A stretch of 64,000 bases of DNA from Phaeosaccion multiseriatum (taxonomy: Eukaryota > Protista > Ochrophyta, other classes). The notes beneath the pieces were generated by a model, which saw nothing but the letters and a program-made list of their open reading frames with translations, was not told where the DNA came from and did no database searches. Below, piece by piece: positions 28,001 to 40,874 of the stretch; the stretch's first letter is position 1; each line of letters begins with the position of its first letter. Made by a program: the position numbers and the translations under genes. The stretch is taken from assembly GCA_965112735.1 (NCBI GenBank), contig OZ218955.1, positions 1,364,001 through 1,428,000 on the forward strand. The letters run 5' to 3'.

Positions 28001-29656
28001 TGTGTGTGTGGGTGTGTGGGTGAGTGGATTGGTGGGAGTGTGTGTGTGGGTGTGTGGGTGAGTGGATTGGTGGGAGTGTGTGTGTGGGTGTGTGGGTGAG
28101 TGGATTGGTGGGAGTGTGTGTGTGGGTGTGTGGGTGAGTGGATTGGTGGGAGTGTGTGTGTGGGTGTGTGGGTGAGTGGATTGGTGGGAGTGTGTGTGTG
28201 GGTGAGTGGATTGGTGTGTGTGTGTGTGTGTGGGTGCGTGCGCGTGTGGGTGGGGTATATATATATATATCTTTTGTGTGTGGTTGTTGCGTGTGATTAC
28301 AAATTTTCTGTGTGTTTGTTTGTTCTCGTATTTTTAAAATTTTCCTCTCCTTTTTATGTACTTACATTCCACGGCTACTCCTCCTACCCCTCCTCCCTCT
28401 TCCCTCTTCCCCCCGTCCTCGTCCTCCTCCTCCTCCTCCCCCTCAGCTCCGGGCTCTTGCTTCCCGTCGCGAGGACCGCAGTAGCGGAGGAGCAGGAGGA
28501 GGCGTCGCTTGCTCGTCACCAAAGATGCGCACCAAGGTCACCAAGAAGCTCCTGCCCTCACTGGAGGCGGACCTGCTGCAGGCCGGCGATCTGCTGAGAA
28601 GAGACCACCTCAAGGTATGTCAATGGGTGGGTGGGCGGGTAGCAAGTCCATGGGTGGGTACGTGGGTGGGTGCGTGGGCAGGCGTGGATTGGCAGGTCAA
28701 TGATTATGCGTGCGTGCGTGTGTCTGTGGATGGGTGTGTGCATGGGTGGGTGGGTAGGGGGATGGGGTGGGTGAGTCTGGGTGGATGGGTGGGAAAGTGT
28801 GCGCGTTGAGGTGTGCGTGCGTGGGTGGGTGGGTGGGTGGGTGGGTGCGTAGGTGAGTGTGTGGGTGGATGGGTGAGTTCTTGGTCTGAGGAACTTTGTC
28901 ACTGCGTTGAGGGAGTGTGGGATATTGGGGTTGAGTCGCTGCGTGGTCTGTCTTTTCTCTCTCTCGCTTTCCAGTCACCCTCTCTCCCTCTCTCCTTCCC
29001 CTTCCTTCCCTTTGTGCTCCCCTCCTCTCTCTCTCTCTCTCTCTCTCACGCTGACTCACTGCCCTGCGGTTGGCTGCTGTGCACACACAGGTCGAGCAGC
29101 TGAGGCTGCACGTGCAAACCGTTGTGGCCCGATACGAGAACGTGTTGCGGCTGCAGCGACTCGAAGGACCACCTTCACCTTCGCCGTCTTCATCGTCCTC
29201 ACCATCCTTATCCTCGTTGCAGCGTACCCCTAAGGGCGGCCCTTCTAAGGGCGGGCGTCCGCCAGAGCCTAAGGAAGAGGAGGAGCTGAAGGAGAAGCAG
29301 CAACAAGAGAGGGGTCCGGAGGAGGAGGAGGGGGGTGCGGGGAAGAAGGAGAAGGAAGGGGACGAGGAGCACGGGCGGAGAACGACAGTCCCCAGCAGTA
29401 TGGGAGTGAATGTCCAGTCCATGGTGTCTCGCTTCGAGCGTCGTTCGCCTCTGTGGCGCTGCAAGAAGTGCCACGCCCCGTGCCTCGAGGGGGGAGGCCA
29501 TCACCATCACCACCCACCGCCTCGCTCTGAAGTGGGAAGCGACGGAGGAGAGCGGAGAGCCCTGTTCCACGGTGGGGGCGGAGAAGAATCCGTACGGTGA
29601 GGATAACGAGTGTGGACCGTGTGTATGTATGCGTGTGTATGCGTGTGGGTGGGTAG

Positions 29657-29687
<31 letters not shown>

Positions 29688-30227
29688 TGTGTGTGCACAT
29701 GGGGTGGGTTTTTCTATAGGTGTTTGCTGCCGGGGGGGGGGGTTGGTTTGGCCTGGCCCGCTTGCTTCTTTTTCCAACTCCTCCCCTCTCTCTTCCTCCA
29801 TTTCTCTTCCTTCATCTTGTACGATACTTTGTGTGTTTTTTTTTGTGCACTGATCTTAATCTGAACCATCCTTCCTTTTCTCATGCACCACCCACCCCTC
29901 TATCCCCCCCCTTTTTTGGCCGTCTTTTTACCTTTATTGTTTCGTACTTCAGGCCGTTTCTAAGCCAGGGATCGAAGCCTGCCACACCAGGAGGAGGAGG
30001 AGGAGAAGGATGCTGCTCGTGCCCCCCTCCTTCCGCGCTGCCCGTGGGAGGGGTGGGAGCCATGATCGTCGCTGTGGCAGCAGCAGGGCACCACCGAAGG
30101 GCATTCCTGCTGAAGCAAGCCGAGGCCATGACTGGCCGGGCCAGACGCCTGCAGACGCGCACACTGTTTAAGAGCGACAGCAAGGTCTTTCTGATGGCAG
30201 TACAGCAGCAGCAGGCGCACCAAGAGA

Positions 30228-30286
<59 letters not shown>

Positions 30287-31087
30287 GACAGCGAGTGCCA
30301 GCAGGGCGACGACGGTGACGACGACGGTGGAGGTGGCGGTGGTAGCGGTGGCAACGGTAGTGCAAGCAACAATACCGCTCCTCCTGCGTACGTAGACAAC
30401 GACTACGAAGAAGGCGGTGATCAGCACGAGCAACACCAGCAGAGGCAACAGCGCCAGCGGACTAACGAGTCTTCCATGAACGGCCTCTATCACGGGCCGG
30501 CAGTGAAGTCCGAACGGGCAGCAGAGGGAGGGAGACCGGTCACCCCAACCACCACCGCCGCCGCCCACGCGGCCGTTCCTCTTCGTCACGGCGTCGAGCG
30601 AAGGTTCAGACAGAACAGGAGCAGGAAGAAGACCAGGAGTCCATTCTCGTCGGGCAGGAGGGAGCAAGTGTTCACTTCCATGCCCACTATTCACGAGAAG
30701 AGGGGCAGTAGTGGTGGTGGTAGCGGTAGCGGAAGTGCCAAGAGCGGCGGGCGGGCCTTGGCTGCGGGCCAGACGAAGCTAGCAAAGCCCCGAACTAAGA
30801 AGAAGAGGCGGAGCACGACGGCAGCCAACGGAGGGGGTGCTGCAGCAGCAGCAGGAGGAGGAGGAGGAGGAGGAGGAGGAGGAGGAGGAGGAGGAGGAGG
30901 AGGAGGAAGAAGAAGAGAAGACGACGACCTGGGGGATGAGCTTGATTCTGCCAATGTTCAAGACTACCCCTCGATTCCGACCGGCAACAGCAACAGCACA
31001 TGCACCACCAGCAGCAGCAACGGGATAGATGCTACCTACAACGACGACGACGAAGAGGCGGAAGAGCTACAGCCCGAACTAGCCTGA
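25007..31087 (+). CDS. Large low-complexity hypothetical protein with SFGSxxSKGGR repeats and coiled-coil segments
   Basis: Exons ~25007-27516 (needs a frame correction in the G-run at ~25676-25692), 28447-28614, 29091-29596, 29953-31087, with GT-AG borders. A possible upstream exon lies at 24291-24772. Confidence 0.6.
27598..28215. repeat. Intronic ~38 bp minisatellite GTGAGTGGATTGGTGGGAGTGTGTGTGTGGGTGTGTGG, ~16-17 copies
   Basis: Directly visible. Confidence 0.92.
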
Positions 31088-32175
31088 GCAAGCAGGCATG
31101 CCTCTATTCGTTGAGATAGCTATGGCCCGGCCTGTTCAGATAGGACGTTTGAGACGTTTCAGACGCCTTGCCGCTCGTGTGGTCTCTGTGGGCTCATCGC
31201 CCCACCGCCTCCTCCTTCCCTTCCCACCAGAAGGAGCCAGAAGGAACGAAGGAGGCGAATCCTTCACCCACGGAACTCTACATCTTTCCAACGCATCCTC
31301 GCTCGCCCTGCACAAGCAAGCCAGGAAGCAGGAGGCGACGACATGGCTCTCTAGCAACATGGCCTGTGTCCAATGCCCAGTGAGTGGGATGGTGCGTGGT
31401 GTGATGAGTGTGTGGTGCCGGTGTTGATCCGCTGGTGATATGCATGGTGGAGATGCTGTTGCTCTGTTGTTGGTTGCCTGCCTGCCTTTTCCGTCTGCAA
31501 CAAGGAAGATGGGTGGCGCTCGAGTCTGTTTAAAGCGTGCAGTGCACACACGATTTCCCCCTTGTTTTGCTTCTCTTGGTTGCCTCGGGCTGTGGGGTGA
31601 TGCGGTGAGAGTGAGAGTGAGAGGTCAGGAGTGCCGCTCACCGATTGTACATATTTGACAGTATATATATAAGAGCTGGGAGGGGGGGGGGGTTGGTGCG
31701 TGTCGAAGGAGCGACACTTTCATTATTCTTGTCATATACATGAGATATATGAAGTACTTCAGTATGTGGTGGACGAAAGGAGAGGCATGTGGCGTTCCCC
31801 GAGACTGCATTTATATTCAGTCTTTGTTCGGGTTTGGCCACAGAAGCTTTTTGGAAGATGCAATATCTTTCTCATTATGAAGAAAGATCATCTGACGGGC
31901 ACTCCTGGCATAATGGTCTAATACACATTACCCTATACACCTGCAACTGAGAAGACCATGGGGTGGGGTTGGGAGTGAGGTGGGGGAATACAGAAGACGC
32001 CTGCATCTGGGAGAGGGCCTGCCTTCCCTTCCGTTCACTCCTCTTTCATCTTCTCTCTCCTGCTGCCATGGCAGGAAGTCTTCAATTGTTAGAGAGGCAG
32101 GGAGTGAAGTGAGGCTGCTGCTGCTGCACTACTGGCGAAAGCTCATTCAGTAGTGTTGTCGTTGTAGTAGTAGTT

Positions 32176-32227
<52 letters not shown>

Positions 32228-33324
32228 CCGAAGCAGTAGTCGTAGTAGTAGTAGCAGTAGAGTAGTAGGAATAATTGATTCGTTGGATTCTCTTAGAGAG
32301 GGTGATACCTTCCTTTCAACTCCTGCTGCTAAAAGTCTTTTATCCTCGTGACAGTCAGGTGTACATTTGGTCGATGGGAGGCCAAAAGCACAACAATACT
32401 CACTGCGCTGTTTTTGTCTCCTAAGCTTGAGCCCTCCTCGCTTCTCTCCCCCATGCTTGCTGTTGACCTCCTGCGCCCCTCCATCTCCCTCTCTCCCCCT
32501 TCTCTTCTTCTCTCGTTCTCCGTAAGAGCCAGAGCCCTAAAGCCCCAAGCCCTACACCCGCCACATGGATGGCAATGGATGGCCTGTCCTCCCCCTCCTC
32601 TCTCTCTCCTTCGCCACACCGCTGCAGAAACATCCACATATATTCATCTAACCCCCTGGCCTTCCACCCCACCCCACCCAACCCCACCCTCAGACCGATC
32701 CCCAACAGCGCTATACAATTCTCGCCATGTCTTGTCTGGCAGCAGAAAGACCACCCCCCGCGCCCTCCCCTTGAAGACCCATCGCTTCGAAGAACCACAT
32801 CCTTGACGAACATCGCGAAGCTTCTCTTCTCTTCCTACCGATGCCCCCCAAAACTCCCTCCTTCTCACCCTCAATCCTCTCGCTCACCCATCCCCCTTCC
32901 AATATAGTAAAAATAAAGGGTTTGGGGGTCATAAAGTCTGCTGCAGTGCTGCTCCACCCCCCAGTCCCTCCGCTGACCCCTCCCAAGGCCTCCTTCCTTC
33001 ATACCACCGCTGAGCACCGTATGCGTCGATGGCAGTCGATGGTAGGAGACACAAGAGAAAGCACTAGTCCGCCAGGGAGGGAGCTTCCCCCACCGAAGAT
33101 GGACGATTAAAAACAATCTTGCCCACTCCCGTCTCCTTCTGCCCTTCACGCACGCACTTGCCTCTCAGACTCTGCAAGGCCACGTTTCTCCCGCTCATTG
33201 CCGATCGATCCTCCTCTGGTGACATTCAGTGACTCCTCCCCATCCACCTACATCTCCATTCTTACATTTCCTCCATCCCTAATCACGCATCCCTCCTCCC
33301 AGCAAGAAAGTCCTGTCCAACAAC

Positions 33325-33729
33325 TTAAACCTCGGTGGTCTCCGGCACCTTCTCAAGTTTAAAGTACTTGTCAATGCTGGAGACCCACGCAATCTCCCCC
33401 GCCTTGAGGTTAAACCAGTACACGGCATGGGAGGCAGCGTCCTCGAAGCCAACCACCCGCTCCTCCAGGTGAGATGGCACCTGAATAGGCTTCTCCAGCG
33501 TCCCGTGGTCGGCAGGTGGCAAGAGCCCCCCTGACGGCGCAAAGGCAATCTTCATCTCACGGAGCTCGTCTCCCGTGGCAATCTCCTCGGGGATCCTCCC
33601 GTCGTTCTCGCTCATCTTGTCGATCAAGTTGGCCCTCGCTGCCGATGCAGTAAAGGCACGACGGCACAGAGTGCTGGCAGCCGGCCGAGCTGCTGTTGAA
33701 GCCAGCCTCTGTGCAACTGTGGAAAGCAT
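33325..33729 (-). CDS. COX5B: Cytochrome c oxidase subunit Vb (yeast Cox4 family)
   Basis: Mitochondrial presequence plus ATG.E..E, GTLEKPIQVPS...ERVVG, WF.L, YFKL motifs; intronless. Confidence 0.8.
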   Translation of the reverse strand: MLSTVAQRLASTAARPAASTLCRRAFTASAARANLIDKMSENDGRIPEEIATGDELREMKIAFAPSGGLLPPADHGTLEKPIQVPSHLEERVVGFEDAASHAVYWFNLKAGEIAWVSSIDKYFKLEKVPETTEV

Positions 33730-33910
33730 GTTGATGGGACCTAAGGGCAGGGCAAAGGCAAGAAGTAGGTGTGTGTGTTATGTTTATGTCTCTTTCTCTC
33801 TCAGAAACACCGCCCTCAGACCCAAGGGGGAAATCCATCGACCTGAAACTCACGTTTTGCCTTTTGCTGCCATCGACAGTTGAGTGATAGCTGATCTTAT
33901 CCCTGCCGCT

Positions 33911-36900
33911 ATGTGGCACGAGCTCCACGAGGAGGGCGAGGCAGTCTCGAGCGAAGATGAGTACAGTGATGGAGCTGACGTCCATGCCCTCGCAAGGGCG
34001 CCAGCGGCGGAAGGTTACCAAGGAGGAGGAGGGAAAGGGCCACGCGCCAAGTCGGGGCGGGATGACGACGAAGCAGAGGAGCCGACGCTGGCCAGCATCA
34101 CTTCAGACTTGTCCAACCTGTGCGTGCACATGAACAAGCTGAAGGACGAGGAGAAACAAAGTCATGCCGTCTCGTCGCCACCCCCGCTAGCCTCTCTGCG
34201 AAAGATCAAGCCAGGAGCAGTGAGGAAGCGAAATGCTCCCGCCCTGTCTCCCTCCGCAAGCAGCACTCGATCCTCTCCTCCGCGCACGCACTACCACGAC
34301 AGAGAGAGTGCCGCTGGTCATCAAAGCGACTCTGGAGATGCAGGTGAAGGTGAAGGTGCTGCAGGTGAGGCTGGAGGGGGGCTCATCGAGCGAGCTCGGA
34401 TGTTGGTGGCTGCCGCAGAGGACGTGCAGCGCTCCACCCTCGCCGCCGCAGAGCAAATCGCAGCGATACGAGGAGGGCAAGTAGTGGTCGACAAAGCCAC
34501 CGGCAGTCACAAATACGTCAGTGCGGACCTGCGGCAGAAGATGCGCCAGCGAAGGGAGCGTACCAACGAGGCCATGCGAGCTGAGCAGTCCCTCCCTGCC
34601 GTGCCAGAGAGGCCTCTGTCCGATGTGCCGCCCGACCGCGGGCAGGGGTGGAGGAAGGTGAGAGCAGTTTTCATCGGTTTTTGTGGAGTTGGTGGGCGCT
34701 GGAGTACCATGTTTGCACCGTCACACACACACATGTTTGAATGTGGAGCGACCCCCCCCCCCCTTCCACTCACTGCCACAGCTTTGATGGATTTGCTTTC
34801 CCTCTTTCCTGCTACTTTTAACATCTTCACCTTTTCCCCTTCACTTCGTGGGGCGTGGTGGGTGTGGGTACAGGTGTGCCGCGTGTCCGTAGTCAAGGGC
34901 TCTAACCTCGTCACTGTGATTGGAGGGTCTTTAACCAAGCCCCTGCCTAAGGAGACCGAGGTGTGGGTCGATGGTGCAGTGGCGGGGGTAGTGCTGAGAA
35001 TGGACGGGCCGGCGTGTCTTGTCCTCCGGGCGGACTACGCCAAGCAAACAAGCTTGGGGTCTGTGCTCTACGCAAGAAGTGGTGCAGGAAAGGGCCAGGG
35101 CAAGAACAAGAGCAGCAGCAGCGGCAGCAGCAGCGGCAGCAGCAGCAATCAACCTTCAACAGTGGTGGGGGTTCGTGAGCAGATGACATCCGAAGGCGAG
35201 GGCGATTGCGAGTATAGGTCTCCCGCTCAGACTCTAACTACTGAGGAGGGAGGAGACAGCGTCGGCAGCGGGATGGGGGTCAGGACGATTGGTGCTTGTG
35301 ACGTGTTGAGTGTGTGTAGCAGCACCAGCAGCACCAGCAGGAGCAGCAGTCAGCAGAGGTGGCAAGGAAAGTCCCTCCAGGTCGGTGCGAAGGGGGGAAG
35401 GGGCAAGCATGCAGAGGAGGAAGAAGACTTGGAGCACGCTGGCGACGGATGTAGTACCAATGATGATAGTGGGCCCTTCTCACAGCAAGCGGAGAGAGAG
35501 ATGGAGGAATTCATGCGCAAGAAGCAACAGCAGTTGGTGATACAGCAGCAGCAGCAGCAGCAACGGGGAGGCAAGGAGAGGGGCCTTGGTGTGGGCACCG
35601 CCGCTTTGCCCCCGACAGACTTCGCCACGAGTGAAGCGATCAAAAAGGCGAATGAAAGAGTGCGCAAGAGCAAGCTGGAACAGGTACTGTACGTGATACA
35701 TGTGTGTATGTTATGTAGTGTTAGTCACTCCCTCACTCACCCACTGACTCACTCCCTCTTTCCCTCCCTCTGTATGTCTCCTCTTTATTCCCCTCTTTCT
35801 TTCTTCCATACACCCTCCCAGCGACAAGCCCGTCTGCGTAAAGAGAAGGCCAAACGGGAAGCAGCCCAGAGCAAGGCGGAGGCCGAATCCAAGACCCAAG
35901 AGCTGCTGCAAGGGAAGCGAAAAGCGGCTGCCCTGCGCATTGCTAGTCAGCGCAAGCAAGAGGCATTGGCGTTTGAGGAGCGGCATCAGCGAGAGGTGGA
36001 GGAGGCGAGGGTCAAGGAAGCACAGGTGAGAAGAACAAGAAGCCAGGGGGGGGGGGGGGGGGGCGCAAAGGGGGTGACGCACGCACACACACACGCACAC
36101 ACACAAATTCTCTCTCACACACACAAACACACACACTCTTTCTCTGTGCCTCAGGCTCGAGCTATTGCGACAGCCGAGCAGCTCGCGGCAGCGGAGAGGG
36201 TAGCCCGAACCACGGCGCTAAAGCTTCAACGCAAGAAGGCCCAAGAGGTGGGAGGGAGGGAGGGAGGGAGGGAGGGAGGGAGGGAGGGAGGGAGGGAGGG
36301 AGGGAGGGAGGGAGGGAGGGAGGGAGGGAGGGAGGGAGGGAGGGAGGGAGGGAGGGAGGGAGGGAGGGAGGGAGGGAGGGAGGGAGGGAGGGAAGGAAGG
36401 AGGGAAGGAGGGAGGGAAGGAGGGAGGGAAGGAGGGAGGAGAGAAGGAGGGGGCGGCAAAAGAAAGACACGGCAAAGAGCATGTACAGGGTATCGCAGCC
36501 GCAGCTGTGTGTATAACTCTTTGCTATTGCTAGTACGTAGCCTTAGGTAGTAGCAGCTAAAGCTCAAACTTTTCGCGCCCACTGACTCACTCACTCACCC
36601 ACCCACTCACCCTCGCCAACTCATCCACTCACACACTCACACACTCACCCACGCAACTACTCACGCACTCACTCACCCACTCACTCACTCATCTACTTGC
36701 TCACCCACTCTTATTCACAGATGGCTGCAGCGGAGGCACAACTTCACAAGCAGAAGCAGCTCGAGGCCGTTTTGCGTCCCCAGATACATACACGAGAGCG
36801 AACAATACGTAAGGAAAACAACAAACGTCGACTTGAGGCAGAGCGACAGCGGGAGCGGCTGAGGGAGGAGGAGGAGAGGGAGATTGAGGATAAGATTAAA

Positions 36901-36962
36901 GAGTACGAGCGGAGAGCCGTCAAGGGAGGTGTGGGGGGAGGAGGGGGAGGAGGGGGGAGGAG

Positions 36963-36997
<35 letters not shown>

Positions 36998-39423
36998 GAG
37001 AAGGAGGAGGAGGGGGGAGAGGAGCCCTAGGAGGACCCTCGTCAGAGGAGGGGAGCGGAGTGGTAAGGGTGACGGCTTCTGTAGCAGCTCACCCACGGCC
37101 TCCACCACCCCGTCAGCAGCACCAGCACCAGCAGTTGGTGATACAGCAACAAGGGACACTGTACCAAGTAGGGCAAGGTAGAGGCACGCGAGGAAGTGAT
37201 GAGGCTGGCAGCAGTGGCATTATCACAAATGGCAACAGTAGCAGTATTACAAACGGTAGCAGTGGCCGTATCACGAGTGGCGGTAGTGCCACTGGTAGCA
37301 GCGGGAGGGGGAGCAGTAGCAGCAGCAGTGGGAGGAGGAGTGGCGGCAGCAGCAGTCATATGGGTAGCGCTGGGACAGATAGTGGCAGCAGCAGGAGAGG
37401 CAGTGAGACCACAGGCACAGGAAGAAGCTGGGAGGAGGGGGAGGACAAGGGCATTAAAGAGGTGGGGGAGGAGAGCGAGAATGATGTCATCCACGGCATG
37501 GAGAGGGGGAGCATAGGCTACGTGGGCAAGGGAGGCACGGAGAGGGGAGGGCAGATAGATGGGTCTGGGCTTCCTTCTTCTGCTGCCATCCGCTTCGACG
37601 GCGAGGAGGAGGAGCAGGAGGAGGAGGAGGAGGAGGAGGAGGAGGAGGAGGAGGAGGAGGAGGAGGAGGAGGAGGAGGAGGAGGAGGAGGAGGAGGAGGA
37701 GGAGGCGGAGGAGGGGGAGGAAGAGGAAGAGGGACCAAAAAGCATGAAAAGCCCAATGAGAGGGACTGGATATATCGCTGCTTTCAAGAACAGCAAGCAG
37801 CGAAGGTCTGGTGGGGGAGGAAGGCCGCTGAACAGCGAGGAGGAGGGGGAGGAGGAGGATGAGGAGGAGGAGGGGGAGGAGGAGGAGGAGGAGGAGGATG
37901 AGGAAGAGGAGGAGAAGGAGGATGAGGAAGAGGAGGAAGAGGAGGAGAAGGAGGATGAGGAAGAGGAGGAAGAGGAGGAGCAAGACGCTGTTGGCTTCGG
38001 TGGCGCAATGATGGGAGGTGGGGGTAGCGGATATGGACGGGAAGTGACGTACACGCAACAGTACAATCAGCACCAGTTGGCGATACAACAGCAGCAGTTG
38101 GTGATACAGCATCAGGCCGAGGAGGGGGAGGAGGAGCAGCAGGAGCAAGAGCAGGAGCAGGAGCAGGAGCAGGAGGAGCAGGAGGAGGAGGAGGAGCAGG
38201 AGGACGAGGAGGAGGAGGAGGACGAGGAGGAGGGGTGGGAGGGGGAGGAGGAGGAGGAGGGGGGGGGTGCTGCAGGGACAGACGCTGATGTTATGCAGAG
38301 GTGCTCTGACAACTTGAGCGAGGAGGAGGAGGTCGAGGACGAGGACGAGGATGAGGACGAGAGCGACGACTACTACACACAAAAGGTATACGGGGGGGGC
38401 ACGAGTAGTACAGGCACCCCCCGGGGGGCGAAACCAAGGGCCCACAGCATTGGCACTCGCACTAGTAACTCTAGCACCAACACTGGCGCTCCCACTGGCA
38501 GGGGGAAGGGCAGTGGGAGGGGCCAAGTAGGGGCAAGCCGAAGAGGAGGGAGTCGGGCGGCGGGGGGTGCAGGTGGCGGGGGTGGGGGTGGGCGTATCAC
38601 CACGACCATGGCCACCTCCACAGCCAGTGGCGTTGGCATGCTCTCGTCTCAGTCGACGGCAGAGATGACATACGGTAGCTACGGGGGCGGTAGCAAGGGT
38701 ATCGGTGGTCAAGGTCAGGGACAGGGTCAGGGACAGGGTCAGGGTCAGGGTCAGGGACAGGGTCAGGGTCAGGGTCAGGGTCAGGGTCAGGGTCAGGGTC
38801 AGGGTCAGGGTCAGAGTCAGGGTCAGGGTCAGGGTCAGGGTCGGAGGCAGGGTCAGGGTCAGAGTCAGGGTCAGGGTCAGGGTCAGGGTCAGGGTCAGGG
38901 TCGGAGGCAGGGTGGTGAGGGGAGTGAAGGGAGAGGTGAGCGTAGTACTGGTGCAGTGAAGATGACCGGCGGAGGAGAACAAGTCGGACATCACAACAGG
39001 AAGGAGGCAGATGGGGACCGGCACCAGCAGCAGCACCAGCAGCAGCACCAGCAGCAGCACCAGCTGGTGATACAGCAGCGGCGGCGGCGGCGGCGGCATG
39101 AGGAGAAGCAGAGCGGAGATATCCTATACCAGCAGCAGTACCACCAGCAGCAGCAGCAGCAGCAGCAGCAGTTGGTGATACAGCAGGAGCAGCAGCACCA
39201 ACAGGAGCCACACATTCAGCACCATCCGATCCGCACTCAGAGGGCGGCGCCCAAGGCAGTGCTGCAGGCAGAAAGCAGCCCGCAGCTCCCCAACAAGAAG
39301 GAGAAGAGGATGTCGAAGCACAACAAGCTGAACTCTCAGAGCTCTCCGGTGTGGAAGCAAGCACCTGTGCCTGTGACCAAGCCCTTCGTACCCGTACCCC
39401 ACGCCGCGGGGTTCTGTGAGCGA

Positions 39424-39429
<6 letters not shown>
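33911..39429 (+). CDS. Large coiled-coil / low-complexity hypothetical protein
   Basis: Exons 33911-34657, 34874-35683, 35822-36025, 36155-36247, 36721-39429 join in phase 0. Contains poly-E, GQ and poly-Q tracts and one small beta-rich segment (VSVVKGSNLVTV...). Confidence 0.65.
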
Positions 39430-39712
<283 letters not shown>

Positions 39713-40299
39713 CAGACGCATCACAGCACAGATAACGACGATCAACTATTGCTTGTAGCGTATTAACCCTTAACAACACAAAGATACCATCGTTATCTCA
39801 TCACAAACAGCTTGACCTTGCTATTACCAGGGCACTATAGTAACGGATACTTGGAGGGTTGAACGGAAGGCTTTCTCTCTCTCTCTCTCTCTCTCATAAG
39901 TGACTTGATTAGGAAGAACACATGGTGTTGATGGCTGTAGGGCTGTAGGTAGGTAGCAATACTACGAAGTACTACGTAAGAGTAAGTAAAGGTTATGGGG
40001 TCATTTCGTTTATTGCATGGTATTAACAGCTCGGGTGGAGAGAGGAGCTGTGTCTGTGCTTTGCTTGCTTGCTTGCTTGTGCCCGCTACGATCATATAGA
40101 CAAGAGTGAGATGAGAGAACAGACAGTTTTGTACACCCCCTTTCGCACACACACACACACACACGCACACACACGCTTACCACACACACATAACTACACG
40201 CGCACACACATGACACACAGCACACATTAATTCATCAAAATAGGCATAAAGTAAACGTATTCCAAACCACGAGCTAAGCAGCAGCAGCAACAGCAGCAA

Positions 40300-40331
<32 letters not shown>

Positions 40332-40874
40332 GCAACAACAGCAGCAGTTGGTGATACAGCAGGGACCCTCCTGCCTCGTCCACAAACGCACCACAGTTTC
40401 ACTTCTTTCGTCCCTTTTGGCTCTCCCCCGCGCCCGGGGTGAGAGCTGGGGGGGGGGGCGCAGCTGTCACTGTCACTCTCACCCTCACCAGTGTTCTATG
40501 CCCCACCAGATGTGCACCACCAGATGTGCACCACCAGATATGCACCACCAGATATCACCCCCTCCTGAGCGTCCAATGACGCAGTCCAGCCCAGAGTTGA
40601 AGACTCACAATTGCTAATAAAGCACCAACACCCGTACATCAGCCCCATACTCGGAGCCTCCGAGAATCCTCTGCCCTCCACATCCCCACGCCCCCTTGCC
40701 CACCCCTCACCCTCTCTCCCCTCCCCCTCCCTCTTTCTTCGTCATGAGAGTCGTCACTCATCCCGCTCCACCTCCCCTCCTCCTCCCCTCCTCCTCCCTT
40801 TCTGGTAGGTTGATTCCTATTAAGTCAATACAACAGTTGCCCCCACACTCTCCTCCCCTCCACCCGCGCGTCAG

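Noticed and set aside
31100-33300. Possible minus-strand gene in this interval
   Set aside because: Only short peptide-like stretches; I could not build a consistent exon chain or recognise a domain.
34658-36154. Three consecutive 3n stop-free introns (others occur in AFG1 and at 53527-53760)
   Set aside because: GC/repeat-rich short introns often lack stops and homopolymer errors blur their lengths; the numbers are too small to claim enrichment.
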